Assembly: GCF_006345805.1 (NCBI RefSeq)
Contig: NC_043002.1
Location: 79,856,001-79,920,000 of the forward strand
Length of the DNA stretch: 64,000 bases
Source: Octopus sinensis
Taxonomy: Eukaryota
Direction of reading: 5' to 3'
The position numbers were made by a program, and so were the translations under genes. The notes beneath the pieces were generated by a model. It was not told the origin of the DNA, made no database searches, and saw only the letters and a list, made by a program, of their open reading frames with translations. This document shows, piece after piece, positions 24,345 to 39,103 of this stretch (positions within the stretch are counted from its first letter, which is position 1; each line of letters begins with the position of its first letter).

Positions 24345-26990
24345 TATATAATTTTAAAATTTAGAGAAAACCCACTATTAAACAATTTAATAAAGAAAGA
24401 TATTATTCACACCATGTAGAACCATATACTATAAAAAAACTTATTTTAAATAATTTAAGTACAATAAATAGTAAATAGTCATAAAAAGACTACGCAGGTT
24501 TCATATCTATATTTTTAAATACATATCAATAATAAAATCAATTCGATTCAAAATCAAGTCGAACTAAAATTAATTCTATTTAAAAATATAGTCACTCATT
24601 AGGTCTAAGGCAATAAATAATAATAATAATAATAGAATAAATGTACTTATCTTAACTTATACTAATTATCAAATAAATATATAAAAAATACGTGTATTAT
24701 CTATAAATAATTGAAAAGCATTTAACAAAATTTCTTAAAATAAAAATGTAACTTATCTTGTCGAAGGAATTTCGTTAACTAACAATTTAAACGTAAAACG
24801 TCAAACTTAGCGTTTATAAGAAATATAAGAAATATATCATCTGAAAATATGGCGTAAATAGAATTTATAGAAGAAATAGATAGAAATATATATTTAATCT
24901 ATTGAAATTACAAATGTATTTTAGCGGTGAGAATAAGGAAAACAAATTACTCTAATATACTATTAACTGGAAAAATTGTAAAGTCTAAATAATTTAGATA
25001 TTAAATACGTGAAATACATAATATAATAAACATAAATTAAGCTACAATTCTATAATTTAATCTATTTTCATTAATTAATTGATTTATTTATTTTATAAAC
25101 ATCTAATATTCAACTTATTCTAATTATGCAATATAGTCTATATAATCCCGCGCTAACTTATACATATTTTACTACTACAAATTATAACTACTACAATTAG
25201 TAACATAAAACAGGGTTTATATACATACACAAATTAGCTAAAATTATTATATAAGTAATTGAATTTATGTCTACATCTAATCTTTCGTTCCTCGTGGAAA
25301 TTATCAAATTTTTATAATTAGTTAATAATATCTCCTTAAATTCGTTAGTACATGATAAACAAAAATTACTACCTATACGATATGATTTTGCCTTACAAAC
25401 TATCTCCCAATTTAAATTGTACTTAATTTTAGATCGATTTAATTTTATTTACTAAGGCCAGTAGATTTAATTAAATTTCTAATCTTTAAAGAATGCATGT
25501 GTTGAGCTACCCTTAATTTAATTTTATTAGAAGTCGACCCTATGTAAATTGCATTTAAATTGTAACCATTCCAATCAATGTCACTACACACTTATATACT
25601 CCATCATCGAAATTACATTTATTATTAAATTTACAATTAGTTTTATCTCTACATGTACAATTAATTATATTATTCTTATTATTGGAATACTTATTTGATT
25701 TGTGTTTGTAAAGAAAAAATAATCTTACCTACATTATTAGTAGTAGAATAACCAACTCCAAAATTATTACTAGAAAAAATGTTATATTTTTATTATTTCT
25801 AATGAATACTTCAATTATAGTTAGAATCTTTTTAATAATGTTTGTTTTAAAATGAATAATTAACCAAATTTTGTTCTTATCATTAATATTATTATATTTA
25901 TTTTTATATTATTAAATGTATTATTATCATTAAATGAATTAAATTTAAACCTATATTTTAGTCTATTATTATATTTATGTTTTGTATTATAATACATATT
26001 ATTTATACCATAATTGCCTAAATAAAACGCATCATGATTCTTAATGTTAGGTTTATTATTATAAAAATATAGGAATCATTTATATTATACTCTTTTATAT
26101 TATAATCATATTTAGAAACATCAAATAATTTAATATTATTATTATAACTCGCCTCTCGCAGGACTTCATTTTAAGGTGCCTGTTTTTGGAAAATCTCAAA
26201 ATTAGAAGAAAGCAACGATATTCCTTTACCTATATTATGTTTGAATGATTTCTTAATAGAAGGTGGATGATTACTGTTAGCATAAATATATCTAAGATTT
26301 TCATTAATTTTATGGAATGGTTGGGTTTTATCTGTTATTAAATTAAAATTAGCATGTATATAATTAAGATTATAGTTCTCATTATATATAGTAATATTCA
26401 ATCCATATCTTTTAAAAAACTGTAGTTTCTTATATAATTCTAGTGTTCTATTGCTGCAATTCTTAGTTATTAATAAAAGGCCATCCCTATATAGACCACT
26501 CTCCAAATTTAATTTTTCTAATTGAAGTTCCGATGATAAATAAGTACCTACTAAATCAGTTGCCTGTGCAGAATCGGGTGCCCCATAGGTATATCAAAAT
26601 AGTCCCTAGTATACTTCCTAGCCCCCAATTTATTATTATATATAATCAACGATTTCCTAGCCGTTTTAACAGCATTAACGTCATCATAAGTCATTCCTAC
26701 CTTATTCATTGCATAAATTAGGGCCTTATTGACTACTATCTCATGAATAGACCAATAATAATTATCTATATTCGTCGTAGCGTACATTGGAATATCCTCT
26801 TAGATTAATAGGAACTTTGCCTTATCTTTTTCTTATATGTTTTCTATATGGTGTGAATAACATCTTTCTTTATTGAATTGTTTAATAGTGGTTTTTCTCT
26901 AAATTATATACATATTTTATATATTGTGAAATTTGATTTAAAATTGTTAAATTGAATTTTTCCCTGTAAGTTTTGGAATTATATTCCCTA
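24345..26990 (-). mobile_element. Decayed Penelope-like element (RT + GIY-YIG), probably Naiad-type
   Basis: RT remnants NIDNYYWSI, FDIPMG(frameshift)APDSAQATDLVGTYL, GLYRDGL, SNHPPSIKK; endonuclease CTCRDKTNC..GVYKC..IYIGSTSNKIKLRVAQH..NWEIV..FCLSC..CRH with stop at 25234-25236; inverted repeat 24361-24425 / 26838-26902. Confidence 0.88.
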
Positions 26991-27011
26991 CTATTATTAT
27001 CATGATCATGA

Positions 27012-27087
<76 letters not shown>

Positions 27088-27788
27088 CATATATATATAT
27101 ACACACACATGGACGGAAGATGGAAGATACGAGAATTTTTATTGAGCTCTTCAATTGTTTCGACCCATGTAGCATCAATCCCTCACAGGTGAGATACTTA
27201 ATGCCTGGTTCAGGAGCATCCGGCGACAGATGTGTCTCTTCGGGTGATAAACAGTTATAACTCGTTAAAATAATAGTTCCGCAATGTATCTTATCGGTTC
27301 GTGTAAAGAAAAGCAGCACATCAAAAAATATATTGGTTCATTTACAGACAAGATCAACATTCTTTAACGTTTCATAAATGAAACAACGTTTTGTTGCTCA
27401 ATTTTCCAACTTCTATAAACTTGATTTTCTAATAGAACTAAGGGAAAATTCTCCTGTTCCTGCGTCTATGAAATTAACCATTGTCAGCTACAGCGATTAG
27501 TATCCCATGAGGTGATATAAAATATCTAGCGAAAACAAGCAACACTCACCATTGAAATTCTAGCGGCGACGTTTAGAAATTGGGATGCCTCATCACTTAG
27601 AGATAAAAGTTCAATCCATCTTACGTATGTGTACTTTTGGGAACCATACAATGCTATGTTATTTGTACAAATATTTAATGAGCACGGCATTTATTGTATA
27701 CTTTTTCATGTATACACATATTCATGCACACGTACACAATGCTCGCGTGCACACGCACATATGCATGCATATATATATATATATATAT

Positions 27789-28131
27789 GAAGGCGCATGG
27801 CTCAGTGGTTAGAGCGTCGAGCTTACGATCGTGAGGTTGTGAGCTCGAATCCCGGACCGGGCTGCGTGTTGTGTTCTTGAGCAAGACACTTTATTTCACG
27901 TTGCTCCAGTTCACTCAGCTGTAGAAATGAGTTGCGACGTCACAGGTACCAAGCTGTATCGACCTTTGTCTTTCCCTTGGATAACACTGGTGGCGTGGAG
28001 AGGGGAGGCCGGTATGCATGGGCGACTACTGGTCTTCCATAAAACAACCTTGCCCAGACTTGTGCCTCAGAGGGTAACTCTCTAGGTGCAAACCCATGGT
28101 CACTCATGACCGAAGGGGGTCTTTACCCTTT
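27789..28131 (+). mobile_element. SINE family D, full length
   Basis: GGCGCATGGCTCAGTGGTTAGAGCG..GAGCTCGAATCCC head; GAGCAAGACACTTTATTTCACG domain; tail matches 40697-41012. Confidence 0.9.
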
Positions 28132-28155
28132 ATATATATGCAATATTTATTTTGT

Positions 28156-28547
28156 TATTCTTTTACTTGTTTCAGTCATTTGACAGCGGCCATGGTGGAG
28201 CACCGCCTTTAGTCGAATCAAATCGACCCCAGGACTTATTCTTTGTAAGCCTAGTACTTATTCTAACGGTCTCCTTTGCCGAACCGCTAAGTTACGGGGA
28301 CGTAAACACACCAGCATCGGTTGTCAAGCGATGTTGGGGGGGGGGGGAACACGGATACACAAACATATACACATATATACATATATACGACGGGCTTCTT
28401 TCAGTTTCCGTCTACCACATTCACTCACAAGACTTTAGTCAGCCCGAGGCTATAGTAGAAGACTCTTGCCCAAGTTGCTACGCAGTGGGACTGAACCCGG
28501 AACCATGTGGTTGGTAAGCAAGCTACTTACAAGACACTCCTGCGCCT
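28156..28547 (-). mobile_element. SINE family B, full length
   Basis: Complete head, CTTGGGCAAG domain, internal microsatellite and tail. Confidence 0.9.
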
Positions 28548-29804
28548 ATTTATATTTTCATTCTCATAACCATTGTTGAAATTTTACGGTATGTAAATGT
28601 CGCGTACAGGGTACACAATAGTGTACAAAATTTTGGATATAACTGAACAGAAATAGTTACACGTCCGTATAGTTATACATTTAACTATACAGGGAAACAA
28701 CATTATCTCTATCACAAGTCAAATATCATTGGCTGCTTGAAGTACGCACTGAACTTGTGTTAACTAAGGCTCTGCAGTCTGAGATTTTTGTGCTGTTTCC
28801 GACCAACATGTTTGCATTTATTTGTGATATATGTTGTGATCTATTTATTGAGATGTTTAATTATGTATATTTATAGGTTTTCAATTACAAAATTCCAGTG
28901 TCAACATTTAATTTGAAAACATCGTTAATCAAGGTTTTTTTATCCACGTTAATAGCGTATATACACACGTATTGTTTATATTCGTCGTAGCTTACATTGG
29001 AACATCATCGTAGATTTATAGGAACTTTGTCTTATCTTTTTCTTTCCGAATTTCTCATCTCATACGAAACTTCAGAGACTAAACCATATCAGATAATTTA
29101 TTCCTGATTTAGACGCGTCCGATGATGGTACGATATTTATTATTTTCTATTCTAGGCACCTAGTCTGAAATTTTGTGGGGAGGAGGCAAGTGGATTAAAT
29201 TGACCCCAGTACACAGCTGCTACTTAATTTACAGCTAAGCATTTCGCCTGGCTTGCTAACGTTTTTTATTTCTTTATTGCCCACAAGGGGCTAAACATGG
29301 AGGGGATTACATCGACCCCAGTTCTGAATTAATCATGTGTTATCTCATAGCTTTGAGATTTAGATGATGTGATTATATATTTTTAGAATGACATTGTAGG
29401 ATATGTGTGAGAGGCCAGATCTGGCTAGTTTGAACATAAACAGTCAGAATATTTGGGCCAGACATGGCCGGCTTAAATGCCTGCCCACTCACGCATATAC
29501 ACGTATACATACATACTTTAAAGAAGTGTATAGATGGAACACAGCGCTTGGTGTCTGGTGTGTTTTCAATGATTGTTCGATGATACTACGAATGTAAACA
29601 CTGTTGGTATCACAAATATACATGCACTTTATTATGAAGACCTAAGAAGCAGAGAAACACAACCGTTTTCTCTTTTGCGTTCTTAAAATCAGTTTTTCCC
29701 TCCCACATTCTGTTTCGCCAGTCAACTAAGTCTCCATGACGTCGTCATTCTACACAGAGAAGCGGACTCACACGCAAACGCAAACGCAAACACACACACA
29801 CACG

Positions 29805-29841
<37 letters not shown>

Positions 29842-30038
29842 AAGAAGAGAGCGACAGACACTCGAACACACGCATACATGCTGAATAAAAGCAGACACTC
29901 TCAGCCATACTCGTTAATAAAATGTGAAACATTCATTTATATATATATATGTATATATATAAACATACATGTGTGTGTATGTATATATAGTAAGATTGAT
30001 ATCAATATAGATTCAAATGTATATATATATGTATATAT

Positions 30039-30079
<41 letters not shown>

Positions 30080-31000
30080 TATATATATACATATATATAT
30101 CAGTATGTGTACACGCACATACATACATATGTGTACGCACAGGTACACACAGACATACATACACACACATTGGCTTTCCTGATGAAATGAATGCACAACA
30201 TACATAATTTAACACCAATCCTTTTCCAGTTCTATCTATTAGCAAAATATATGTGTAGTTCTGTGTATGTGTGTGTGTGTGTGTGCGTGTGTGTGTGTGT
30301 ACATGCATACATACATACTCAGACAGACACATATATGTATATATATAATTTTGTGTCTATGTTTGTATGTTTTTTGCTTGACTAAGAGGGAGGGAATGTC
30401 AGTATACACACATGCACACACTCACACACACACACATACACATATATACTTGTATATAGAGAAATATGTATATATATATATATATATATGTATATATCTA
30501 TATATGTATAATATATATATGTATATATGTATAAAACTATACCCTTATGCATGTATTTGGAATATTTGTGTGTTATTTTCTGAGTGTGTCTGTCGATGTG
30601 TGTGGTGTGTCTGCATACACAGAATTAAAAAAAACCCAGCAAAAACAAACAAAAAAATAATGAACAACAACAACAAAAAGCAAAAACAAGCAGAATTACT
30701 CTATATTGTAACTTGTATGGGTTTTAGCAAGCAAGGCTGAAATTTTCAAGATTTCACTGTCATCACTACCACTCCACTCCCGCTTTCAACAACACTATTG
30801 AAATTTAATTAAATTTTCACCTTTTGCACTTCATGTTAGATGCCTTAGGGATCCATGTTCAATCCACGTTTACTCTCACATTTCCACAATTTATCTCGCG
30901 GCCCCAACCTCTTCTTTCCTCTCTCTCTCTTTCCTGTCTTGTCCCACCCTGTGTATATTGTATATATATATATTGTTTTCTTTAGTTTGTTTCTATGAAT

Positions 31001-31056
<56 letters not shown>

Positions 31057-31421
31057 TTTTATATACACACACAGAGTTATGCGTGCGTGTGTCTGTACGA
31101 ATGTGTTTGTATGCATTTGTCTGTGTGTGCGCGTATGCCTGTAGTTTTCGCTTATACTCTAATAAAGGCATCCACAATATTATTTGCATAAACCCAGTCA
31201 TGTGTATATACAAACACAAATACAAACAAATATATACAAACACCATTCTCACTCTTCCTCCGCCTCCTTTTTTCTCTCTGTGTCACTCTTTATTACTTTT
31301 TATGTCTGTTCCATGAATATATATATATATATATATATATGTATAAAGATAGATAGATATATGCGTACATATATATGTGTGTGTAATTTTAAACTAAGCA
31401 GCGGTTAGCAATATATGTATG

Positions 31422-31455
<34 letters not shown>

Positions 31456-33335
31456 ATATAGATATATATTATATGGATAGATAGATAGATAGATAGATAT
31501 AGATATATATAGATATATATATGCATACATACATATATACATGCATACATATACATATATATATGCACACATATATATGTACACGCATATATATACGTAT
31601 ATATATATATATATATAATATATATATGTATATATATATATATACACATGCATACACATACACACACATACACACAAACACATATATGTATACCAAGGGC
31701 TTCCATGCAGCTTCCAAATGTCAAATTTAGTTCATTCACAAGACATCCTTTGGCATGGAATATTGTTGAAAACATTTGCTCAATATGCGGCAGAGTGAGA
31801 TGGAACCCGAAAACTGCAAGGCTTGCCTCTTCACATCCATACTGGCAGCTTTTTCACTCTAATCTATACCACGTTCTGAAAGAAAAAAACAGTTTGATTT
31901 TCGAGTTGGTGGAACCCTAAGTAGATAATGTAAAGTTTGTACACTAAAGAAAAAGCCGGAAATATGAAGGTTTTAGGGAATCATGTGAGAATAACAGGAA
32001 ATAACAGTGCACTGTTTCGAGTTTAATGAGATGTCGTAGGTACGTAGCTATATGCATGACAACTAAATTCCTTGTGGAATCTGACCTAGAAAAGTTAACC
32101 AAATTGTGATTTCTAAACTGAAGATGAAGCTGAATTTCTTTTATTTTTGTACGGCAGATGTATATGAAAAATATAAAATGAGAATAAAGAGAAAATCCGC
32201 AGCAAAGAGTAAAAGAATAAAGATACCATGCTGGAAAATATTAGATATGGCTGCAAACAGCAATAGAACTCTGTAAGATCTTAATGAATACAAAAGATAA
32301 TTACTACTCCGTTTTGGTTCCTCGACTAGAAAACGTTCCCTTTTCCGTCTGTCGTTTAAATACAGTCAGTTGATGGAGCAGACAACACTTATTTGAAGCA
32401 CTTTGTAAATTTAATTTCCATAGACGCTATGATGTCATAAAACTTCAACAACAACCGGACATTGAAACGAAATAATAATGGTTATAAACAGGGACTATGT
32501 TGTGTATGTATAGTCAATTGAGACGCCGAAGTATATAAAGTATACTCTAGATAATTAACCTAAAGTGTTAAGCCGCACAAGTTGTAAACAACAAGGGTTT
32601 CAGTTGGTGAGCAGAAAAGCCAGTTTATTAGTGGAAAAGCGCTAATGATATGTCACGTCTTTCAAAATTCTTACACCTTCTCACTTTTCCAGTTCTTTCA
32701 TCCTGTTTCTGCATGTCGTTTAACCACAAGAGACCACGCAAAGCATGGGGTTGCTTATACTCAATAGAAAAAAATTCAGATAAATATTTACATATTTAAA
32801 GAGAAATGAATGTCTACACACAAATGTACTTAACTAAAATATTCCATGCATTCGCAGTGAAATGAATGAAAGTATCAGAACATATTTGTCTACGCCACTA
32901 CTTAAACATACACATATCCGGTAACTTATAGAAACAGATACATATGCAAGTATATATGTATATACATATATAACCCTACTCAAATAGAATTACACATACA
33001 GACTGTTATATGTATAAACAGTTTAAAAAGTTATTTAAGGAAGTATGTACAAGAGAAATTTCCTTCCAAAAACAGAAAACAGAAATATATATATTCCATA
33101 TAATTCTCTAGCTTTTATCTTTAGCCTTTATGTGTTCAGTCATTTGACTGCGCCCTGCTGGGGGCATCGCTTTGAGGAATTTTAGTCGGACAAATCAACA
33201 CAAGTACTTACGTTCGTAATACTTACCTCGTAATTATTCTCATGGTCTCTTGAAGAACTCCTAATTTATTGGGACGTAAACATGCAAGCACCGGTTGTCA
33301 AGCTATGGAGGGAGACAAACACTTACAAACATGCA

Positions 33336-33435
33336 NNNNNNNNNNNNNNNNNNNNNNNNNNNNNNNNNNNNNNNNNNNNNNNNNNNNNNNNNNNNNNNNN
33401 NNNNNNNNNNNNNNNNNNNNNNNNNNNNNNNNNNN
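33336..33435. other. Assembly gap (100 N)
   Basis: Run of N that cuts a minus-strand family B SINE tail (about 33120-33335). Confidence 0.99.
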
Positions 33436-33489
33436 TCCAAGCGTGCCCTAATAATAATAATAATAATAATAATAATGATAATAATAATA

Positions 33490-33531
<42 letters not shown>

Positions 33532-33540
33532 TGATGATAA

Positions 33541-33611
<71 letters not shown>

Positions 33612-34092
33612 GTTTTGTCTTGGTATAAAAGTTGGGCTACAGCAAATATTCTGCTCAATACCACAGATCTGCTTGTCAGTTGTTTGACTTTAACTAGTTG
33701 AGCATGTCCCTTAGTTGCTGACGATATGTGCATCTCTGATCACGAGAAGAAGTAGTGGGGGAGTATCATAGCCATGTGTTGAGAGGGATTCTTTGGGGTT
33801 TGAATAATTCACCTATGGAAATATGGGTGGTTCTTTCAACATCCTTAAACAACCCTTATTCAGGGACCTTTCGAGCGGGATGGGCTACTCAACCTGAAGA
33901 AAATTCTAACTGGGCCCCACCTGCAAGGTCATGTGCTGTTTATCTTGATATGAGATCACCATGTCGCGCACATATGGTTGTGATGCATGTGCCTGGTGTA
34001 CCCTTATCAGACGGGTAGTCATGATGGGTATATTGGGCTTCGTATATTTTACCCCAGTGTCACTTTGATGGCATGAACTGCTCTCTCACTCA
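33612..34092 (+). mobile_element. Family E copy inside an (AAT)n array
   Basis: Matches about 21780-22256. Confidence 0.85.
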
Positions 34093-34319
34093 ATAATAAT
34101 AATAATAAAAGTAAGCATTTTCCCCAGCGTACCATAATAGTAATATAATAATAAACATCTCTGGATCACTATAACAACTACAACTCTGATCCCCTATAAC
34201 AACTACAACTCTTGCCCTCTATAACAACTAACTCCAGAAAAGCTATGGTCCCCTATAACAACTAAAACCTGAATAACTCTGAACCCCTGTAACAACTAAC
34301 ACCTGAACAATACTGGACC

Positions 34320-36465
34320 CTATAACAACTGAAGAGGTCACCGAGGCACTTCGAAAACAAGGCAACTGGAAGGCACCCGGGCACGACAAGGTCACCAAGT
34401 TCTAGTTAAAATACCTCACAGGAACACATAAATAGCTGGCTGAGAAATTTGATGAAATACTAGCAGAGCCAGAGACAATGCCTGAATGGCTCACGGAAGA
34501 GAAAACTATGCTAATTCCCAAAACCGCCGAAACGGCAAACCAAATGAATTACAGATCGATTACTTATCTCCCTACAATTTACAAAGCCTTTATTGCAATA
34601 ATATCGCAGAGAATGAGCAAACATTTGGGAGAAAACAACCTGTTTCCAGAAGAGCAGAAGGAATGCTGCAAGGGATCATACGGCTCTAAAGATAGCTACT
34701 GATCAATAAAACCATAACTGAAGACAGCCATAGAAAGAAGAAGGGTCTATGTATGGCCTGGATCGATTACTGAAAGGCTTTTGATAGTACTCCCCACGCA
34801 TGGATCCGAGTAACGCTAGCCATGGGCAAGGTAGCATCAATAATCATAAAATATATAAAACATTCCATGAATGAATGGCAGACAGTGCTACAGCTCCAGA
34901 CAAAAGACTGACTCATAAAAATCAAAGCAATGCTCATTAGAAAAGAAATATTCCAAGGAGACAAGCTCTCTCCACTCCTTTTCTGCTTAGCACTAACACG
35001 TTCACCTGACATGCTAAACAGAACTGGATGTGGAAGAAATTGTGACGGCAAAACAACCAGCCACTTCTTATACATGGATGATCTAAAACTGTACGCTACA
35101 AATGATAAACAGCTGGAAGCATTACTGCAGACAGTATATGGATTTACCAAAGAGATAAACATGAAATTTGGCTTAGAAAAATGTGCCAAAGCAACCTTGA
35201 AAAGAGGAAAACTAGTTAAGAGTAGCAACATCACACTAGATAAAGCAAACAAAATGAGAGAATTAGACTAAAGCCAGACATACAAATACTTAAGAATCAA
35301 TGAACTAGATACAACATATATAAATCAAAGAGAAAATAAAAAAAGGAATACCATAAATTAATACTGTAAACAGTAAATTAATACTGTTAGATTAATACTG
35401 AAAACAGCTCAATAACAGGTATCAGCACTCTAGCCGTCCCAGCTATAAGTTACAGCTACAATATTCTTAGCTGGACTCCAAATGAGCTAATCAAAATAGA
35501 CATGAAAACAAGAAAAACAATGACAAGATTTATGATGCATCACCCAAAATTTGATAGTAAGGTTATATGTACAACGTATCGAAGGTAGTAGAGGCCTTAT
35601 AGAGCTAGAAAACTATTACTAAATAATCACCATAGGGCTACAGAAATACTTACTTCAGAAGCAATTGAAACTAATACAAATAACCACAAAACTCGAACAA
35701 AACAAAAAACTGTTTTCAGATTTTAGGGAAGCTGGCAAATACAAAAGAGTAGTCATAGTACCTAACAATTATTAAGAAAAAGAAGTAACAACAAAAGCTG
35801 TAAAACAACTAAGACTGGAACAGCAACGGATCATGATAGAACGATCGCAAGAAAAGCGTCCTTCATGGCAAATACTGGGTTAAGCTAAACAGAAAAGAAA
35901 TAGAAAAGAAATAGACAAAGTACAATCCCAACAATAGCTGAGAAGCTCTGGACTCAAACAGAGACTGAGGGACTTTTAATTGAAGCATAAGATCAAAGCC
36001 TTCCCACCAGAAATTACCAAAACCATGCAATGAAAGTAAATATAACTGCAGAATATGTGAAGATGGAGAAGAAACAATAAACCATATTGTTTCTGGCTGC
36101 CCAGTCCTGGTTAACAAAGAATATATTCACAGGCATGACAGTTTGGATCTATATACACGGGAAGCTATGCCAACTATGGAATATCAACAGGAAAAATGGT
36201 ATAGGCACACTCTAGAAAAGATTACTGAAAGTGAGAAACGAACCATATTCTGGGATATGCCATTACACACAGATAGCGAAATTATGGCCAATAGGTCAGT
36301 AATAGTTGTCAGAGATCGCAGAGGAAAATAATGCTTTCTAATCGATGCATCAATACCAACAGAAACGAAGAAACTTTCAAAATAGAATACTAAGAGAAAC
36401 GAAGAAACTTTCAAAATACAAAGATCTGGAAATAGAGGTAACTCGAATATAGAGTCTAAAAACAA
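34320..36465 (+). mobile_element. R4/Dong-like LINE, decayed RT to RLE region
   Basis: NWKAPGHDK, NYRSITYLPTIYK, AWIDY*KAFDS, IFQGDKLSPLLFCLAL, YMDD at 35071-35082, CRICEDGEETINHIVSGC, ANRSVIVVRD; many stops. Confidence 0.93.
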
Positions 36466-37159
36466 ATGAATCACTGACATAAGACCATTTGAAATGTCGG
36501 AAATGTAGTTTTCGTTCCGCGTTCCCAGCCATTTCTGACCCTCGCTGGATTGATCTTTTCAGTTCAAGAAAAATACTTAACTAATTTTCGATCCGTGTTA
36601 TCATACGTCTCGTTGTGATAAACGTATGACCCTTAACAAGAATTTGAACTTTCATGTTATCCTGGATCAATGATGTCTGAATCTGTATTAAACAAGGATA
36701 GCTTTTGCTACCAGATAATTTTCCGATCCTCTAACGACTCTACCAACTCGTCAACGATTAATTAATTCCATCAATACAAAGCAACAATCGATGAAATATC
36801 TCCCTGTAGATATTTCAGTGATCACTTGAAGAAAGGAACAACACCAGTGATTTCAATTCCAAACTATAAGGTTCGTATAGAAATATCAGTAAATACTTCT
36901 TTTGATGTTAAAGGCAATGGTAGTAAAAACAACAAGATCATAATAAAAAGATATGCGTGTATTTTATGCTTTTACTTATAATATGACACATTTTCACACG
37001 AGTCTCTTTTCTCAGATTTTTCAAATATTCATCCATATGTCTGCCACTTTGTTTGGGGGTGTGGAATTTGCCTGGTAATGAAGATACCAATTCATTGTAC
37101 AAAGATTTGATCAAATATTTTTCTATGACATACAAAAATATATGGCTAATATGAGCTAG

Positions 37160-37345
37160 CACGAGTGGCTGTTTGGTAAGTAGCTTGCTTACCAACCACA
37201 TTGTTCCGGGTTCAGTCCCACTGCGTAGCACCTTGGGCAAGTGTCTTCTACTATATCTTCGGACAGACTAAAGCCTTGTGAGTAGATTTGGTTGACGGAA
37301 ACTGAAAGAACCCCGTCGTATGTATGTATATATATATACATATAC

Positions 37346-37428
<83 letters not shown>

Positions 37429-37537
37429 TACATATATACATATATATATACATATATATACATATATACATGTATATGTATATATATATATATATACGTA
37501 TATATATATGTATGTGTGTATGTTTGTGTTTGTCTCC

Positions 37538-37603
<66 letters not shown>

Positions 37604-37858
37604 TATATGTATATGTATATCTATATATACGTATATATATTTGTGTGTGTGTATGTTTGTGTGTCTGTGTTTGTCTCCCCAACATCGCTTGACAACTGAT
37701 GCTGGTGTGTTTACGTCCACGTAACTTAGCGGTTCAGCAAAAAGAAACCCCGATAGAATAAGTACTAGGCTTACAAAGGGTAAGTCCTGGGGTCGATTTG
37801 CTCGACTAAAGGCGGTGCTACAGCATGACTACTATCAAATGACTGAAACAAGTAACAG
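37160..37858 (+). mobile_element. SINE family B with expanded internal (TA)n
   Basis: Head and tail separated by about 350 bp of TA-rich array containing a duplicated GTTTGTCTCCCCAA. Confidence 0.9.
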
Positions 37859-38218
37859 AGAAAACCTGAAATTGACAAAAATATCTTCAAACCGTAGCAG
37901 CAGCAGCAGTAGCAGTAGCGGCAGCAGCAGCAACAACAGCAGCAACACCAGTAGTGACGTTTTTCGTTATTCAGCTTATTCACTCCCCGACACCACAAAC
38001 TCAAGAGTTCCCTTAGAAACTGCGCAAACCTTTGGAATTAAGAATTCAATATTTGTCACTTCAGCTGGAGGAGGCCACCTGTGCCATCAAGATCTTTGCA
38101 GATTTTGGGGCGAGTTTTTAAGAGCGAAATTTTGGTATTCAGTCACTTTATGAAATCCGTTACACAGCAAAATCATGTTTATTCAGTATATCGTAACTGC
38201 GTCGTGTCCACTTACAAT

Positions 38219-38249
<31 letters not shown>

Positions 38250-38291
38250 TGTAGTAGTGATGGTGATGGTGTTGGTAGTAGTAGTAATTGA

Positions 38292-38708
38292 AGGCGGTGA
38301 GCTGGCAGAAACTTTACCACGCCGGGCGAAATGCTTAGCGGTACTTCGTCTGCCGTTACGTTGTGAGTTCAAATTCCGCCGAGGTCGACTTTGCCTTTCA
38401 TTCTTCCGTGGTCGATAAATTAAGTACCAGTTACGCACTGGGGTCGATGTAATCGACTTAATACCTTTGTCTGTCCTTGTTTGTCCCTTCTATGTTTAGC
38501 CTTTTGTGGGTAATAAAGAAACAGGTATTTCGTCTGCCGCTACGTTCTGAGTTCAAATTCCGCCGAGGTTGACTTTGCCTTTCATCCTTTCGGGGTCGAT
38601 TAAATAAGTACCAGTTACACACTGGGGTCAATATAATCGACTTAATTCGTTTCTCTGTCCTTGTTTGACCCCTCTGTGTTTAGCCCCTTGTGGGCAGTAA
38701 AGAAATAG
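38292..38708 (+). mobile_element. SINE family A tandem pair within a (GTA)n tract
   Basis: AGGCGGTGAGCTGGCAGAA head; two B-box plus central-domain units. Confidence 0.9.
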
Positions 38709-39052
38709 GTAGTAGTATTAATGGTGTGGAGATGATAGTAATAGTGGTAGTGGCAATTTTGTTGTGATGCTGGTGGTGATGATGATGATGTTGCAAGTGG
38801 CAGTATTGTTGTTGCTGTTGTTGTTGTTGGTGGTGGTAGTAGTAGTAGTAGTAATGGTGGAGGTGATGCTACTAGTAGCGGTAGTGGCAATGTTTGTCGG
38901 GATGGTGGTGGTGATGATGATGAGGATGATGGAAGTGACAGTGCTGGTCGTGATGGTGGTGGCGGTGGCGGTTGGCGAGGTAGAGGTAGTGGTAATAGTA
39001 GCTGTGGTAGTAGTAATAGTAGCAACAGCAGCAGCAGCAGCAGCAGTAGTAT

Positions 39053-39103
<51 letters not shown>

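Noticed and set aside
24760-24850. Hammerhead in the PLE 3' region (CAGATGA..GAAATT, minus strand)
   Set aside because: Mutated core, overlong poorly paired stem II, no stem I found.
24345-26150. Possible NUMT (very AT-rich, mitochondrial look)
   Set aside because: No mitochondrial gene motifs; the minus strand gives Penelope-type RT and GIY-YIG motifs.
27121-27260. Hammerhead around GGGTCGAAACAATTG (minus strand)
   Set aside because: Core and stems are too degenerate to support.
33269-33733. ORFs spanning the N run
   Set aside because: Artefacts of the assembly gap.
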